Positions 40,539 through 51,032 of a stretch of DNA of 64,000 nt are shown piece after piece. Each line of letters begins with the position of its first letter. Position 1 is the stretch's first letter. This stretch comes from Rhodothermales bacterium (GTDB taxonomy: Bacteria > Bacteroidota > Rhodothermia > Rhodothermales > UBA10348): NCBI GenBank assembly GCA_028284865.1, contig JANQQV010000004.1, positions 5,467-69,466 of the forward strand. The letters run 5' to 3'. The position numbers were made by a program, and so were the translations under genes. Below the pieces are notes generated by a model, which worked only from the letters and a program-made list of their open reading frames with translations, made no database searches and was not told the origin of the DNA.

Positions 40539-41801
40539 ATGTCTGAGACCGTCAAACGTAGTAATCCGCTGGTATGGCTGATCGACCCCATGGAGTCGAC
40601 CGCCGGCCAAGCTGACCCCGCCTACCGCTTTTCGTGGTCAAAAGCCGCCTGGCTGCTGCCACTGGCCATCGGCGTTGTAGGCCTGGTCGTCAGCGCCATT
40701 GGATGGGCCACGGATTCCCATCAGTTCTACTTCTCCTACCTGATCGGATGGACCTTCTGTCTGTCCATCGCGCTGGGAGCCTACTTCTTTGTGGTGATCC
40801 AGCATCTGACCAAAGCACGCTGGAGCGTGGTCATCCGACGTATTCCGGAAGCACTCATTTGGTCTTTCCCGCTTCTGGCGGTACTCAGCATCCCGATCAT
40901 CCTGGGCATGCACGACCTTTACCACTGGACGCATGGCGACCTGCTCGACCCCGCAAGCCCGACCTATGATGCGCTCATCGCCAGCAAGGTGCCGTATCTG
41001 AATACGCCTTTCTTCCTGGCCCGTCTGGCCTTCTACTTCATTGTATGGACGTTCATTTCGCACAAACTGTATGCGCTGAGCGTCCGTCAGGACGTGGATC
41101 CTGATGCTTCCATCCCACAGACGCTTCGCAAGTACAGCGCTGCCGGTCTGGTTCTCGGCGCGATCTGCACGGCCTTCGCAGGTATGGACATCCTGATGTC
41201 CCTCGATCCGCACTGGTTCTCCACGATCTTCGGCATCTACTTCTTTGCCGGCTCCTTCATGATCATCATGGCCGTGATGGCTCTGACGGGTATGACCCTG
41301 CAGCGCTTCGGCATGCTTCAGGGTGTGATCAAGGTGGATCACTATCAAGATCTGGGCAAATTCCTGTTCGGATTCACGGTATTCTGGGCGTACATCGCTT
41401 TCAGCCAGTACATGCTGATCTGGTACGGCAACATCCCGGAAGAGACGCTGTTTTACCGATACCGCATGGAGAATGGATGGGGCACATACTCCGCCATCCT
41501 GCTCGCGGGGCACTTCATCATTCCGTTTGTTGTCCTGATCGGACGATGGGCGAAGCGCCTCCTCCCACTGCTTGCCTTCATGTGCGTCTGGATGCTGGTC
41601 ATGCACTGGTTTGACTACTTCTGGGTTGCTGCTCCCGTCTTGCACAACTACAAGGCTGCCATGAGCCTGTACGACATCGCCGCCTGGCTTGGCCTGTTTG
41701 GCGTGTTCACAGCGGCATTCATGTACCGCCTGAGTCGCCACCCGCTCGTGCCCCAGCGTGATCCCCGCCTGCACAAGTCCCTGACATTTACCAACTCCTG
41801 A
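40539..41801 (+). CDS. actF: Alternative complex III subunit ActF (membrane subunit)
   Basis: 420-aa polytopic membrane protein in the position and of the size of ActF. It follows actE. Confidence 0.83.
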   Translation: MSETVKRSNPLVWLIDPMESTAGQADPAYRFSWSKAAWLLPLAIGVVGLVVSAIGWATDSHQFYFSYLIGWTFCLSIALGAYFFVVIQHLTKARWSVVIRRIPEALIWSFPLLAVLSIPIILGMHDLYHWTHGDLLDPASPTYDALIASKVPYLNTPFFLARLAFYFIVWTFISHKLYALSVRQDVDPDASIPQTLRKYSAAGLVLGAICTAFAGMDILMSLDPHWFSTIFGIYFFAGSFMIIMAVMALTGMTLQRFGMLQGVIKVDHYQDLGKFLFGFTVFWAYIAFSQYMLIWYGNIPEETLFYRYRMENGWGTYSAILLAGHFIIPFVVLIGRWAKRLLPLLAFMCVWMLVMHWFDYFWVAAPVLHNYKAAMSLYDIAAWLGLFGVFTAAFMYRLSRHPLVPQRDPRLHKSLTFTNS

Positions 41802-41814
41802 CCCGGATAACCCC

Positions 41815-42117
41815 ATGGGAGCTGTACCTCACCATCCTGGCGTTGAGCCAGAGGACATCAACACGAACTCTCTGTTCGCTGTCATTGCGGTGTCTTCCAT
41901 CATCGTCGTGATCCTCGTTGCCATCGGATTCAACATCTCGATGCAGAAGTTCAAAACGGTTCAGTTGGAAGCAGCTGAAATGACAGGCTACCCCATGCTG
42001 CATGAGACAGAGATGATGGGGACGGCTAAGATGAACCGGTACGAAGCCAACGATGATGGCACGTATCGCATTCCGATCGAGCGCGCCATGGAAATGGAAG
42101 CGCAGGACGCACAGTAG
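41815..42117 (+). CDS. Small single-TM protein between actF and SCO1 (possible accessory respiratory subunit)
   Basis: 100 aa with one hydrophobic helix (LFAVIAVSSIIVVILVAIGFNI). It starts 13 nt after actF, has host-like codon usage, and ends at a TAG that is in frame with the SCO1 ORF. Confidence 0.5.
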   Translation: MGAVPHHPGVEPEDINTNSLFAVIAVSSIIVVILVAIGFNISMQKFKTVQLEAAEMTGYPMLHETEMMGTAKMNRYEANDDGTYRIPIERAMEMEAQDAQ

Positions 42118-42198
42118 GCGCAGACCACAGCTTGTAGACTCATCGGACGGATAATCAGATATAGCATTTTTCTCCTGCTGCTGACCGGACTCGGTCAG

Positions 42199-42999
42199 TT
42201 GCCGGTTATGGCCCAGGCGGATCAAGAGGACATTGACCCGAACCTGCCGGGCGCATTGCGCGGTGTCGGCGTGGACGAGAAGCTGGGATCCATGCTGCCA
42301 GCCGAAGCCACGTTCCTTGACTCGGAAGGACGTCAGGTGACGATCGGAGACTTCTTGCAGAACGATCGTCCTCTCCTGATCAACTTCATCTACCACAATT
42401 GCCCGATGATCTGTGGTATCACTCTGGAAGCGTTGGGAATGACGCTGTCCGATATGGAGTGGACCCCGGGAACAGAGTTCGATGTGATTTCGGTCAGCTT
42501 TGGTGCCGGAGAGACGCCGGAAATGGCGGCCCGCGCCAAAGAGCGCATGATCTCGAAGTTGGACAGGAAAGGAGCAGCGGACGGATGGCACTTCCTGGTT
42601 GGAGATTCCACCAACATCGCGCTACTCACCGATAGGGTCGGCTACTCCTTCAAATGGGTGGAGCAGACACGGGAATACGCGCATCCCGCAACAATGGTAT
42701 TTGCCGGTCAAGACGGAACCGTCACCCGGTATTTGCACGGACTCGATCTGCCAGCGACGGATGTTCGCAAGGCATTGGTCGAGGCCTCGAGAGGGGAAGT
42801 CGGAACAGCAATCGATCAGATTCTGATGTATTGCTTCCAGTACGACCCCAATTCAAATTCCTACGTTCTACACGCAACAAATCTGATGAAACTGGGTGGA
42901 CTCTTCACGCTGTTGGTCATCGGTATCGGCCTGCTCGTCCTGAGACGGAAAGAGCGCGACGACCGGACCTACCGCATCCCCCGCCCAACATCAGCTTGA
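42199..42999 (+). CDS. SCO1/SenC copper chaperone (thioredoxin fold); true 5' end probably upstream of the annotated start
   Basis: Contains the CPMIC (CxxxC) copper-binding motif and a conserved downstream His region. It lies between the act and cox genes. The in-frame upstream sequence 42118-42198 encodes a signal/anchor peptide but has no canonical start codon (see findings). Confidence 0.85.
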   Translation: MPVMAQADQEDIDPNLPGALRGVGVDEKLGSMLPAEATFLDSEGRQVTIGDFLQNDRPLLINFIYHNCPMICGITLEALGMTLSDMEWTPGTEFDVISVSFGAGETPEMAARAKERMISKLDRKGAADGWHFLVGDSTNIALLTDRVGYSFKWVEQTREYAHPATMVFAGQDGTVTRYLHGLDLPATDVRKALVEASRGEVGTAIDQILMYCFQYDPNSNSYVLHATNLMKLGGLFTLLVIGIGLLVLRRKERDDRTYRIPRPTSA

Positions 43000-43026
43000 T
43001 TACTCACTAAAGAGGAAGAAGCCACA

Positions 43027-43953
43027 ATGGGCGATAACGGATCGGTCTGGCTACCGGACCCCGGAACGGCTCTCGCAGGCGAGGTTGACACCCTTTTCTG
43101 GTTCGTGTTCTGGACCAGCACCATCATGTTTGCGATGGTGATTGCGGCCAAGTTGTACTTCATGGCGAAGTACAAGCGGAATAGTGAATCGGATGTCCCG
43201 GAGCCGGTAGAGGAGAGCAAGGCTCTCGAAGCGGTTTGGATCGTGGTTCCAACCATTCTCGTGCTGATTGTATTCACGTGGGGTTTTGACGTATTCGTCA
43301 AGCTCAATAACGCCCCGCCCGATGCATACGAGATCAACGTACGCGCCATGCAATGGTCCTGGGAATTTTCCTATGAGGAAGGCGCCACAGCGTACACCGA
43401 ACTCTACGTTCCTGTTGGACGCCCGGTGAAGCTCAACATGACCTCCTCGGATGTATTGCACTCGTTCTACGTGCCTGCCTTCCGAGTGAAACACGATATC
43501 ATTCCGAATCGCTACACAGCGGTCTGGTTTCAGGCTGAAGAAGCTGGCGAGTACATGATCCATTGCACCGAGTACTGCGGTACGCAGCACTCCGGAATGA
43601 ATGCAAAGGTCGTAGCGGTCTCCGAAGAGGATTTTGCCGCGTGGATCACGGAGCAAAGTCAGGATCTTCCTCCAGCCATTCTGGGCGAGCAGGTGTTCGC
43701 CCAATGCCAGGCCTGCCACTCCATTGATGGATCCTCCGGCATCGGCCCCACGATGGCAGGACTCTACAACACGGAGCGAGCACTGGAAGACGGCTCAACC
43801 GTCATCGCTGATGATGATTACCTGCTGGAGTCCATTTTGAATCCGATGGCGAAGATTGCCCAAGGATATCCTCCCGTAATGCCCGCCGGATTTTCTGCGC
43901 TCTCGCAGAAGCAGCTGGATGGCCTCATCGCGTACATCAAGACGCTCGAGTAA
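43027..43953 (+). CDS. ctaC: Cytochrome c oxidase subunit II with fused C-terminal cytochrome c (caa3 type)
   Basis: Two N-terminal TM helices, the CuA site HCTEYCGTQHSGM, and a C-terminal CQACH haem-c domain. An SD-like agaggaag lies upstream. Confidence 0.92.
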   Translation: MGDNGSVWLPDPGTALAGEVDTLFWFVFWTSTIMFAMVIAAKLYFMAKYKRNSESDVPEPVEESKALEAVWIVVPTILVLIVFTWGFDVFVKLNNAPPDAYEINVRAMQWSWEFSYEEGATAYTELYVPVGRPVKLNMTSSDVLHSFYVPAFRVKHDIIPNRYTAVWFQAEEAGEYMIHCTEYCGTQHSGMNAKVVAVSEEDFAAWITEQSQDLPPAILGEQVFAQCQACHSIDGSSGIGPTMAGLYNTERALEDGSTVIADDDYLLESILNPMAKIAQGYPPVMPAGFSALSQKQLDGLIAYIKTLE

Positions 43954-43998
43954 TCCAATCCCGGAACAGTTTAAAGGAATCGACAAGCGCACATCCCC

Positions 43999-45699
<1,701 letters not shown>

Positions 45700-45733
45700 A
45701 CGGGCCCTACGGCTCTGAACTGAACACAGCATC

Positions 45734-46408
45734 ATGGCGAACCCGCAAACAAATCAGCCAGCCCACGTCAAGCACTACTTCGTGTCATCGGAGCAGCAGT
45801 TTGACGCCGCAAAAATGGGCATGTGGCTGTTCCTGGTCACGGAAATCCTGCTCTTCTCGGGCATGTTCGTGGCCTACACGATCTACCGCTCGTGGCATCC
45901 TGAAACCTGGATGGCGCTTTCTACAGCGCTTGACTGGAAGCTTGGAGGCCTGAACACGTTGGTCCTGCTCGCGTCCTCGTTTACGGTGGCCATGGGCATC
46001 AACCAGATCCAGCGAGGCAATCAGAAAGGGTTGTTGATCAATCTGATTCTGACTTTTGTCTTTGCCGGGGTCTTCCTCGTGGTCAAGTACTTCGAGTACG
46101 CCGCCAAGATTGAGCACGGCCTTCTTCCAGGCGCTGCGTTCGATCCGCACGGTATTTCCCACGGGTTTGACTACGCCACGTACAATGTGCCTTACGGTCC
46201 CCAGTTCTTCTCGATCTATTTCGTGATGACCGGGATCCACGGATTCCACGTGTTGGTGGGGATGGGACTGTTCGCCTGGATTACCTGGAAAGCCAAGAAT
46301 GGCGCGTTTTCCGCTGACTACTACACGCCCGTCGAGAACTGCGGTCTCTACTGGCACCTGGTGGATATCATCTGGATCTTCCTCTTCCCGCTGCTCTACC
46401 TGATATAA
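45734..46408 (+). CDS. ctaE: Cytochrome c oxidase subunit III
   Basis: 224 aa, multi-TM, with MWLFLVTEILLFSG, GIHGFHVLVG and YWHLVDIIWIFLFPLLY motifs. Confidence 0.9.
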   Translation: MANPQTNQPAHVKHYFVSSEQQFDAAKMGMWLFLVTEILLFSGMFVAYTIYRSWHPETWMALSTALDWKLGGLNTLVLLASSFTVAMGINQIQRGNQKGLLINLILTFVFAGVFLVVKYFEYAAKIEHGLLPGAAFDPHGISHGFDYATYNVPYGPQFFSIYFVMTGIHGFHVLVGMGLFAWITWKAKNGAFSADYYTPVENCGLYWHLVDIIWIFLFPLLYLI

Positions 46409-46475
46409 TTCATCTCGATAGCGTCCCGGCTGGGCGCCCATCGTAACCCGCTCGTTCTCAATTCCGAATTCCACG

Positions 46476-46871
46476 ATGTCACACGATTCCGGACACCACA
46501 TCATTCCCGTCAAAATGCTTTATGCAGTTATCGGGATTCTGGTCTTCCTGACTGTTCTCACGGTTGCTCTTGCCCAGGTGGAGCTGGGTGTATTTGAGGT
46601 ACCCGTTGCCCTGGCAATCGCGCTGACCAAAGCGGGATTTGTCGTCATGATCTTCATGGCGCTGAAATGGGACAACCGCGTGAACGCGACCATCCTGGCC
46701 GTGGGTGGTCTGTTCGTGGTCGTATTCATCACATTCATTCTGCTGGATACAGAGTATCGCGGTGACCTGAGCAACACGACCGAGGGCACGATCATGGACC
46801 AGCAGCGTGCCGATCAGGCCATGGAAGGCCGTGAGCCCGAGCGCGCAGATATCCAGTTCAATCGCCAGTAA
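46476..46871 (+). CDS. ctaF: Cytochrome c oxidase subunit IV (prokaryotic COX4 family)
   Basis: 131 aa with three TM helices. The motif ALAIALTKAGFVVMIFMALK resembles the conserved K..LV...FMHL block. It is the last gene of the cluster. Confidence 0.7.
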   Translation: MSHDSGHHIIPVKMLYAVIGILVFLTVLTVALAQVELGVFEVPVALAIALTKAGFVVMIFMALKWDNRVNATILAVGGLFVVVFITFILLDTEYRGDLSNTTEGTIMDQQRADQAMEGREPERADIQFNRQ

Positions 46872-46920
46872 TGCGAATGGGTAGCGGACTCGATTCCGCT
46901 TGCTGCTGACTGAGACCTTT

Positions 46921-46962
46921 TGCGGGGCGGGCGATCGAAGATCGCCCGCCCCGCAGTCTTTT
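46921..46962 (+). terminator. Strong rho-independent terminator closing the act/cox supra-operon
   Basis: 16-bp perfect stem tgcggggcgggcgatc / gatcgcccgccccgca with loop gaa, followed by gtctttt. It lies 50 nt after the subunit IV stop. Confidence 0.82.
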
Positions 46963-47028
46963 CAGTCATTTCTCAGAATTCGATCAGCGAACCCGTAACA
47001 ACCTGGTGCGCTCGGACGTTTTCCCCCC

Positions 47029-47331
47029 ATGCAGACCATCATCCTCATAACAGGATTGCTTTCGCTCGGTGCTCTGATGGCGTGGATGTTCTGGGCGGCC
47101 AGTCGCATCCTTAAAGAAGACCGCTCGGCGAAACAGCGCTGGCGAGCCCAGTGGATGCGCGAAGAGACCATGCTTCACGGCGAACGCGCGGTCCGCTTCA
47201 GCGACATCCGACTGCGTGAAGCCGAACGCATGGCGACCATTCCCGGAGATGTCGATTATCTCTATGACGATGGGTATTCCGTGGGGTGGCCGGAAGAGTG
47301 GACAGACGACCTGACGCTCCGACGCAACTAG
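47029..47331 (+). CDS. Hypothetical single-TM protein
   Basis: 100-aa ATG ORF with an N-terminal helix (IILITGLLSLGALMAWMFWAA) and a charged tail. No family recognised. Confidence 0.4.
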   Translation: MQTIILITGLLSLGALMAWMFWAASRILKEDRSAKQRWRAQWMREETMLHGERAVRFSDIRLREAERMATIPGDVDYLYDDGYSVGWPEEWTDDLTLRRN

Positions 47332-47389
47332 ACCTCACGCGGGTCGACGTTGCAAAGAGGGGAAGCCGGATGCGCTTCAGGGAATACAG

Positions 47390-48001
47390 CTACAGCGTCT
47401 TCAGGACGTCCAGCTGACCATTCAGGAACTTGGCCAGCGATTTGTGTCCCGCTGCGAGCGTCTTGCGAAGATTCTTGTCCTCAACGCCCATGTGGCCGGT
47501 CACGATCTTGACCATCTGACACAGTTTGCCATGCGTAGCAGCCACGTAGGCCACTGCATAGCCTGACATGTCGCTGATATCCGCAATACGCTGCCAGTAC
47601 GAAAGCTCAGTGGCTCCCTGAACCGTGTGGTCCTGCGTTACCAACGTCACCTGAGTCAGGTCTTCGAATGGGACGCTGAGCGGCATGCGGGGGTAGGTCG
47701 GAGCGGAAAGCTCAATGCGATCCCCTTCGAACACCTGTGCGACACTCACCAGATCGCCAATGTTGAGGTCCTCGCCAAGTGCGGTGCACGTGCCGGCATG
47801 AACCAGCGAAGTCACGTCGTACGATCTCAGTAGTCGCTCCGTGCGCAAGGCCGCCTTGATCTTGCCAATGCCGAGAATGGAGACCAGGAAATGATCATCG
47901 TGGAATGATTCGCCCTCACTGAGGCCATCAAAGCGGCCTCGTTCGTACGTAGCCAGAAATGGCTGCGCTTCCTCTACAGTCGAAAAAACAATTCCCGTCA
48001 T
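47390..48001 (-). CDS. Nucleoside phosphorylase-superfamily protein (MTA/SAH nucleosidase- or futalosine hydrolase-like)
   Basis: 203 aa. The N-terminus IVFSTVEEAQPF, ILGIGKIKAAL, VHAGTCTALG and DMSGYAVAYVA resemble the PNP_UDP_1 fold of MtnN/MqnB. The substrate is not assignable. Confidence 0.6.
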   Translation of the reverse strand: MTGIVFSTVEEAQPFLATYERGRFDGLSEGESFHDDHFLVSILGIGKIKAALRTERLLRSYDVTSLVHAGTCTALGEDLNIGDLVSVAQVFEGDRIELSAPTYPRMPLSVPFEDLTQVTLVTQDHTVQGATELSYWQRIADISDMSGYAVAYVAATHGKLCQMVKIVTGHMGVEDKNLRKTLAAGHKSLAKFLNGQLDVLKTL

Positions 48002-48111
48002 TGAACAGTAGGTTGGGATCGGTGTAAGAGGCTGCTCTCCAGGAGTTTGGCTGCGCAGCCCGACCGACGGATACTTCCGAGAAGCCGTAAGAAACGAACA
48101 AGCACGTCAGG

Positions 48112-49071
48112 ATGAAAGTTGTCGATTTGCTCCGTGATGGAGACTCGCCAAGCGTGTCCTACGAGATCGTCCCGCCCAAAAGGGGCAGCTCACTGGCCGA
48201 GATCCTTGAGATCGTCGAAGGCCTGAGCGAATACGATCCACCTTATGTCGACGTGACCTCGCATAGTGCCCAGGTGTACTATGAGGAGCAGAATGATGGA
48301 AGTTGGCGACGCCATGTGAAGCGCAAGCGCCCAGGAACGCTTGGCATGTGCGCTGCCATCAAAGGGAAGTTTGGTGTTGAGACCGTTCCTCATCTCCTGT
48401 GTCGTGGTTTCACGCGCGAGGAAAGCGAAGACGCGCTCATTGAGCTGAACTACCTCGGTATCCATAATGTCATGGCGCTGCGAGGCGACGACACGGGGTA
48501 CCAGAAGCCGGCTTCTGTTGACCGCACGCGCAATGAATACGCCATCGACCTGGTGCAGCAGATTTCAGACATGAACCAGGGTAATTACCTGGAAGACCTG
48601 ATTGATGCCGCACCCACTGATTTCTGCGTTGGCGTTGCCGGTTATCCAGAGAAGCACTTCGAGGCGCCCAACATCACCTGGGACGTACTCAATCTGAAGC
48701 GGAAGGTTGATGCCGGAGCGGACTACATCACTTCCCAAATGTTTTTCGACAATGACTCGTTCATCGGCTTCGTAGAACGCTGTCGCGATGTCGGCATTAC
48801 CGTCCCGATCGTTCCGGGGCTCAAGATCCTTACCAAGAAGCGTCAGCTGCAATCCCTGCCTGCGCGTTTCCATCTGCAGATTCCTGAAGCATTGGCAGCC
48901 GAATGTGAGGCGGCCAAGAATGACGCAGAGGTGGCAGAAATCGGTATTCGATGGGCGGTCAGGCAGTGCGAGGGGTTGATGGAAGCCGGGTTCAACAACC
49001 TGCATTTCTACATCATCCAGACGCCTCAGCACGTTCGGGAAGTGGTCAAGTCGCTCCGGAAAATGGCCTGA
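48112..49071 (+). CDS. metF: Methylenetetrahydrofolate reductase
   Basis: 319 aa. SYEIVPPK, the CRGFTREE-type TIM-barrel blocks, ALRGD and AGADYITSQMFFD are typical of MetF. Confidence 0.9.
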   Translation: MKVVDLLRDGDSPSVSYEIVPPKRGSSLAEILEIVEGLSEYDPPYVDVTSHSAQVYYEEQNDGSWRRHVKRKRPGTLGMCAAIKGKFGVETVPHLLCRGFTREESEDALIELNYLGIHNVMALRGDDTGYQKPASVDRTRNEYAIDLVQQISDMNQGNYLEDLIDAAPTDFCVGVAGYPEKHFEAPNITWDVLNLKRKVDAGADYITSQMFFDNDSFIGFVERCRDVGITVPIVPGLKILTKKRQLQSLPARFHLQIPEALAAECEAAKNDAEVAEIGIRWAVRQCEGLMEAGFNNLHFYIIQTPQHVREVVKSLRKMA

Positions 49072-49092
49072 CACTGGCTGATGCGTTGCCTT

Positions 49093-49515
49093 TCAGGCGC
49101 CTAGCTGGGCGAGATAGCGATCTTCCAGGACACGCATCGCTTCACGTTGATCATCGGTGGCATCATCATGGCTGCACAGGTGAAGGATGCCATGGATCAG
49201 GTAGCGCTCGATCTCGGTTTTGAGCGAAGATCCGAATTCCTCGAACTGCTCCATCGCCGTCTCGACGTCGACATACACTTCGCCTTCGATCGGGTCATCC
49301 TCGAGGAGGAATGAGATGACGTCGGTGTGCCAGTCGTGATCGAGCCACTCCCGATTCAATTCGAGAACCGTCGGATGGTCTGCAAAGACAACGCTCAGGG
49401 ATGCGAACTCACGATCTTCTCCCTCAGCAATGATCTTGACGATCCGGGTCAGACGGTCTTCATCCGGGCAGACGCTCCACGATTCGTCGGTCTGAACGAT
49501 GGACAGCTCTGCCAT
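49093..49515 (-). CDS. ybeY: rRNA maturation endoribonuclease YbeY
   Basis: 140 aa with the zinc motif HGILHLCSHDD and DVISF. Confidence 0.9.
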   Translation of the reverse strand: MAELSIVQTDESWSVCPDEDRLTRIVKIIAEGEDREFASLSVVFADHPTVLELNREWLDHDWHTDVISFLLEDDPIEGEVYVDVETAMEQFEEFGSSLKTEIERYLIHGILHLCSHDDATDDQREAMRVLEDRYLAQLGA

Positions 49516-49527
49516 GCTTAGCCGGGG

Positions 49528-50085
49528 TCAGCCCAGGTCGCCGAAGAGGTCCTCGGTGACCGAGAGGGCAACGCTGCTCATGATCAGCTCGGGAGGCAAC
49601 TGGGTGAAGTCGGTCGAAAGCAGATTCGTGTCCACGTTGGCGTACAGAGAGCATCCAGCGTTGCGTTCGACGACGAGGCCATTCGCTGTATCACCGCTAC
49701 GGGCGACAAATAGAACTTCGCCCAAATCTTCACTGCTCTTGAATCCCGTACAGCCTTGCAGCTGCAGGAACGAGGCTGGTGCGTAAACGGAAACCAGATT
49801 GGTGTACGAACCCTCCGAAAGGCCAGGCGAAGACACCTTCCGGTGTATCTCCAGCGTGATGCGTCGGCCACTGTCTTCATCCGAAAGCTCGAAGCGAGCC
49901 ATCGAGTCGTCTTTCTTGGCCACGACACCCAGAACGGTTTCGATACGTTCGATATCGGTGTCTGAAAACGAAAACGGCATGGTCAAAGGAGTATCATCCG
50001 TAAGTGAGGCGATCAGCCGCGCCAAGATACCGGCTCCCCTCTCGAATTCCAATGTGGAAGCGTTGAGGGGCGATTCGTTCGGCAT
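49528..50085 (-). CDS. Hypothetical protein, co-oriented 12 nt upstream of ybeY
   Basis: 185-aa ATG ORF with host-like codon usage. No motif recognised. Confidence 0.5.
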   Translation of the reverse strand: MPNESPLNASTLEFERGAGILARLIASLTDDTPLTMPFSFSDTDIERIETVLGVVAKKDDSMARFELSDEDSGRRITLEIHRKVSSPGLSEGSYTNLVSVYAPASFLQLQGCTGFKSSEDLGEVLFVARSGDTANGLVVERNAGCSLYANVDTNLLSTDFTQLPPELIMSSVALSVTEDLFGDLG

Positions 50086-50187
50086 CGGCTTACCCCGGGG
50101 AACCGCTCAACCTGAGGGCGTTTCCTGATGGACCGCCTCCCCGGCGCTTCCTTTACGGGAGGGGGAGGGGATGTTTCAGAATCCGGA

Positions 50188-50586
50188 ATGAACTCCATGT
50201 CAAGTCCGAAGACCGTTCTCGTTCTGGCTGCAATAATGGGTGCCTTGGGTGTTGCCGCGGGAGCGTTCGGCAGCCACGTACTGTCCGATGTGCTCTCGCC
50301 GAAAGACCTGTCCACATACGGGACCGGTGTCGCCTACATGCAATGGCACGCTGTGTATTTGCTGGCACTGGCATGGTTGAACCACACCCACGACAATGCG
50401 ATGTTCACCTGGGCCAGACGATGTGGATTGATCGGAGTACTGTTCTTTACCGGTAGTCTGGTGACGCTGGCGTTGACAGGCCTATCCTTTCTGGGCGCAG
50501 TAGCTCCGATCGGAGGAATGCTTCTGATTGCCTCATGGGTATTGACCGGCCTGGGGGCTCGGACGATTCCCCATTCAACGGGCTGA
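50188..50586 (+). CDS. DUF423 (YgdD-like) membrane protein
   Basis: The start at ATG 50188 gives an ~132-aa protein with four TM helices. AAIMGALGVAAGAFGSH and Q.HA.. motifs are typical of DUF423. Confidence 0.75.
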   Translation: MNSMSSPKTVLVLAAIMGALGVAAGAFGSHVLSDVLSPKDLSTYGTGVAYMQWHAVYLLALAWLNHTHDNAMFTWARRCGLIGVLFFTGSLVTLALTGLSFLGAVAPIGGMLLIASWVLTGLGARTIPHSTG

Positions 50587-50640
50587 AACCAGCAAGCCTG
50601 AGCCAACAAGATTGAGGCCAACAAGGCTCGCGATGAAGGA

Positions 50641-50997
50641 TCAGTCGCCCTCTTCTTCGAAGAGCAGGGTGATACTTGGACTCAGTCCGTGTTCTCTGGC
50701 CAGGCCAAGCAGGGCTTCCGCAACCTCATCCGGGGATTCGTACGTTCCGACCTCACGGGAATCGACAGCGAGCGCATACCCGATATCATCAGGCTCACCC
50801 GGTTCGTAGTCTTCCCAATCGGTGGCTTCTTCCAGCACGAAAAGGCCATCTTCAGGAGCAAAGGATGCCACGTACCGCTCACACTGTTCTTCCGGGTCAA
50901 TCAGGCTCAGGTTGCCCAGCGCTTCGTATTCCTCGTCGTAGAACAGCGTTTCTGCAATGAGACGCAGAACGAATTGGTCAGTGTCGAAGACGGCCAT
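50641..50997 (-). CDS. Hypothetical highly acidic cytoplasmic protein
   Basis: 118 aa from ATG 50997, Asp/Glu-rich with no TM segment. It lies 35 nt downstream of lipB on the same strand. Confidence 0.45.
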   Translation of the reverse strand: MAVFDTDQFVLRLIAETLFYDEEYEALGNLSLIDPEEQCERYVASFAPEDGLFVLEEATDWEDYEPGEPDDIGYALAVDSREVGTYESPDEVAEALLGLAREHGLSPSITLLFEEEGD

Positions 50998-51032
50998 GGG
51001 ACAACTCCTTCCAGGAGTACATCCCGGAACGA

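Noticed and set aside
42115-42117. The TAG between the small ORF and SCO1 interpreted as pyrrolysine or an alternative genetic code.
   Set aside because: TAG is used as an ordinary stop elsewhere in the window, for example at the ends of the PGT gene (27095-27097) and the 47029-47331 ORF. There is nothing to suggest Pyl machinery, so recoding by an alternative code is not supported. The observation is kept only as a start-site / read-through / sequence-error question.
48002-48111. A possible riboswitch or leader upstream of metF.
   Set aside because: Only a GGCUGCGCAGCC palindrome is present. There is no recognisable riboswitch core, and the region is short.
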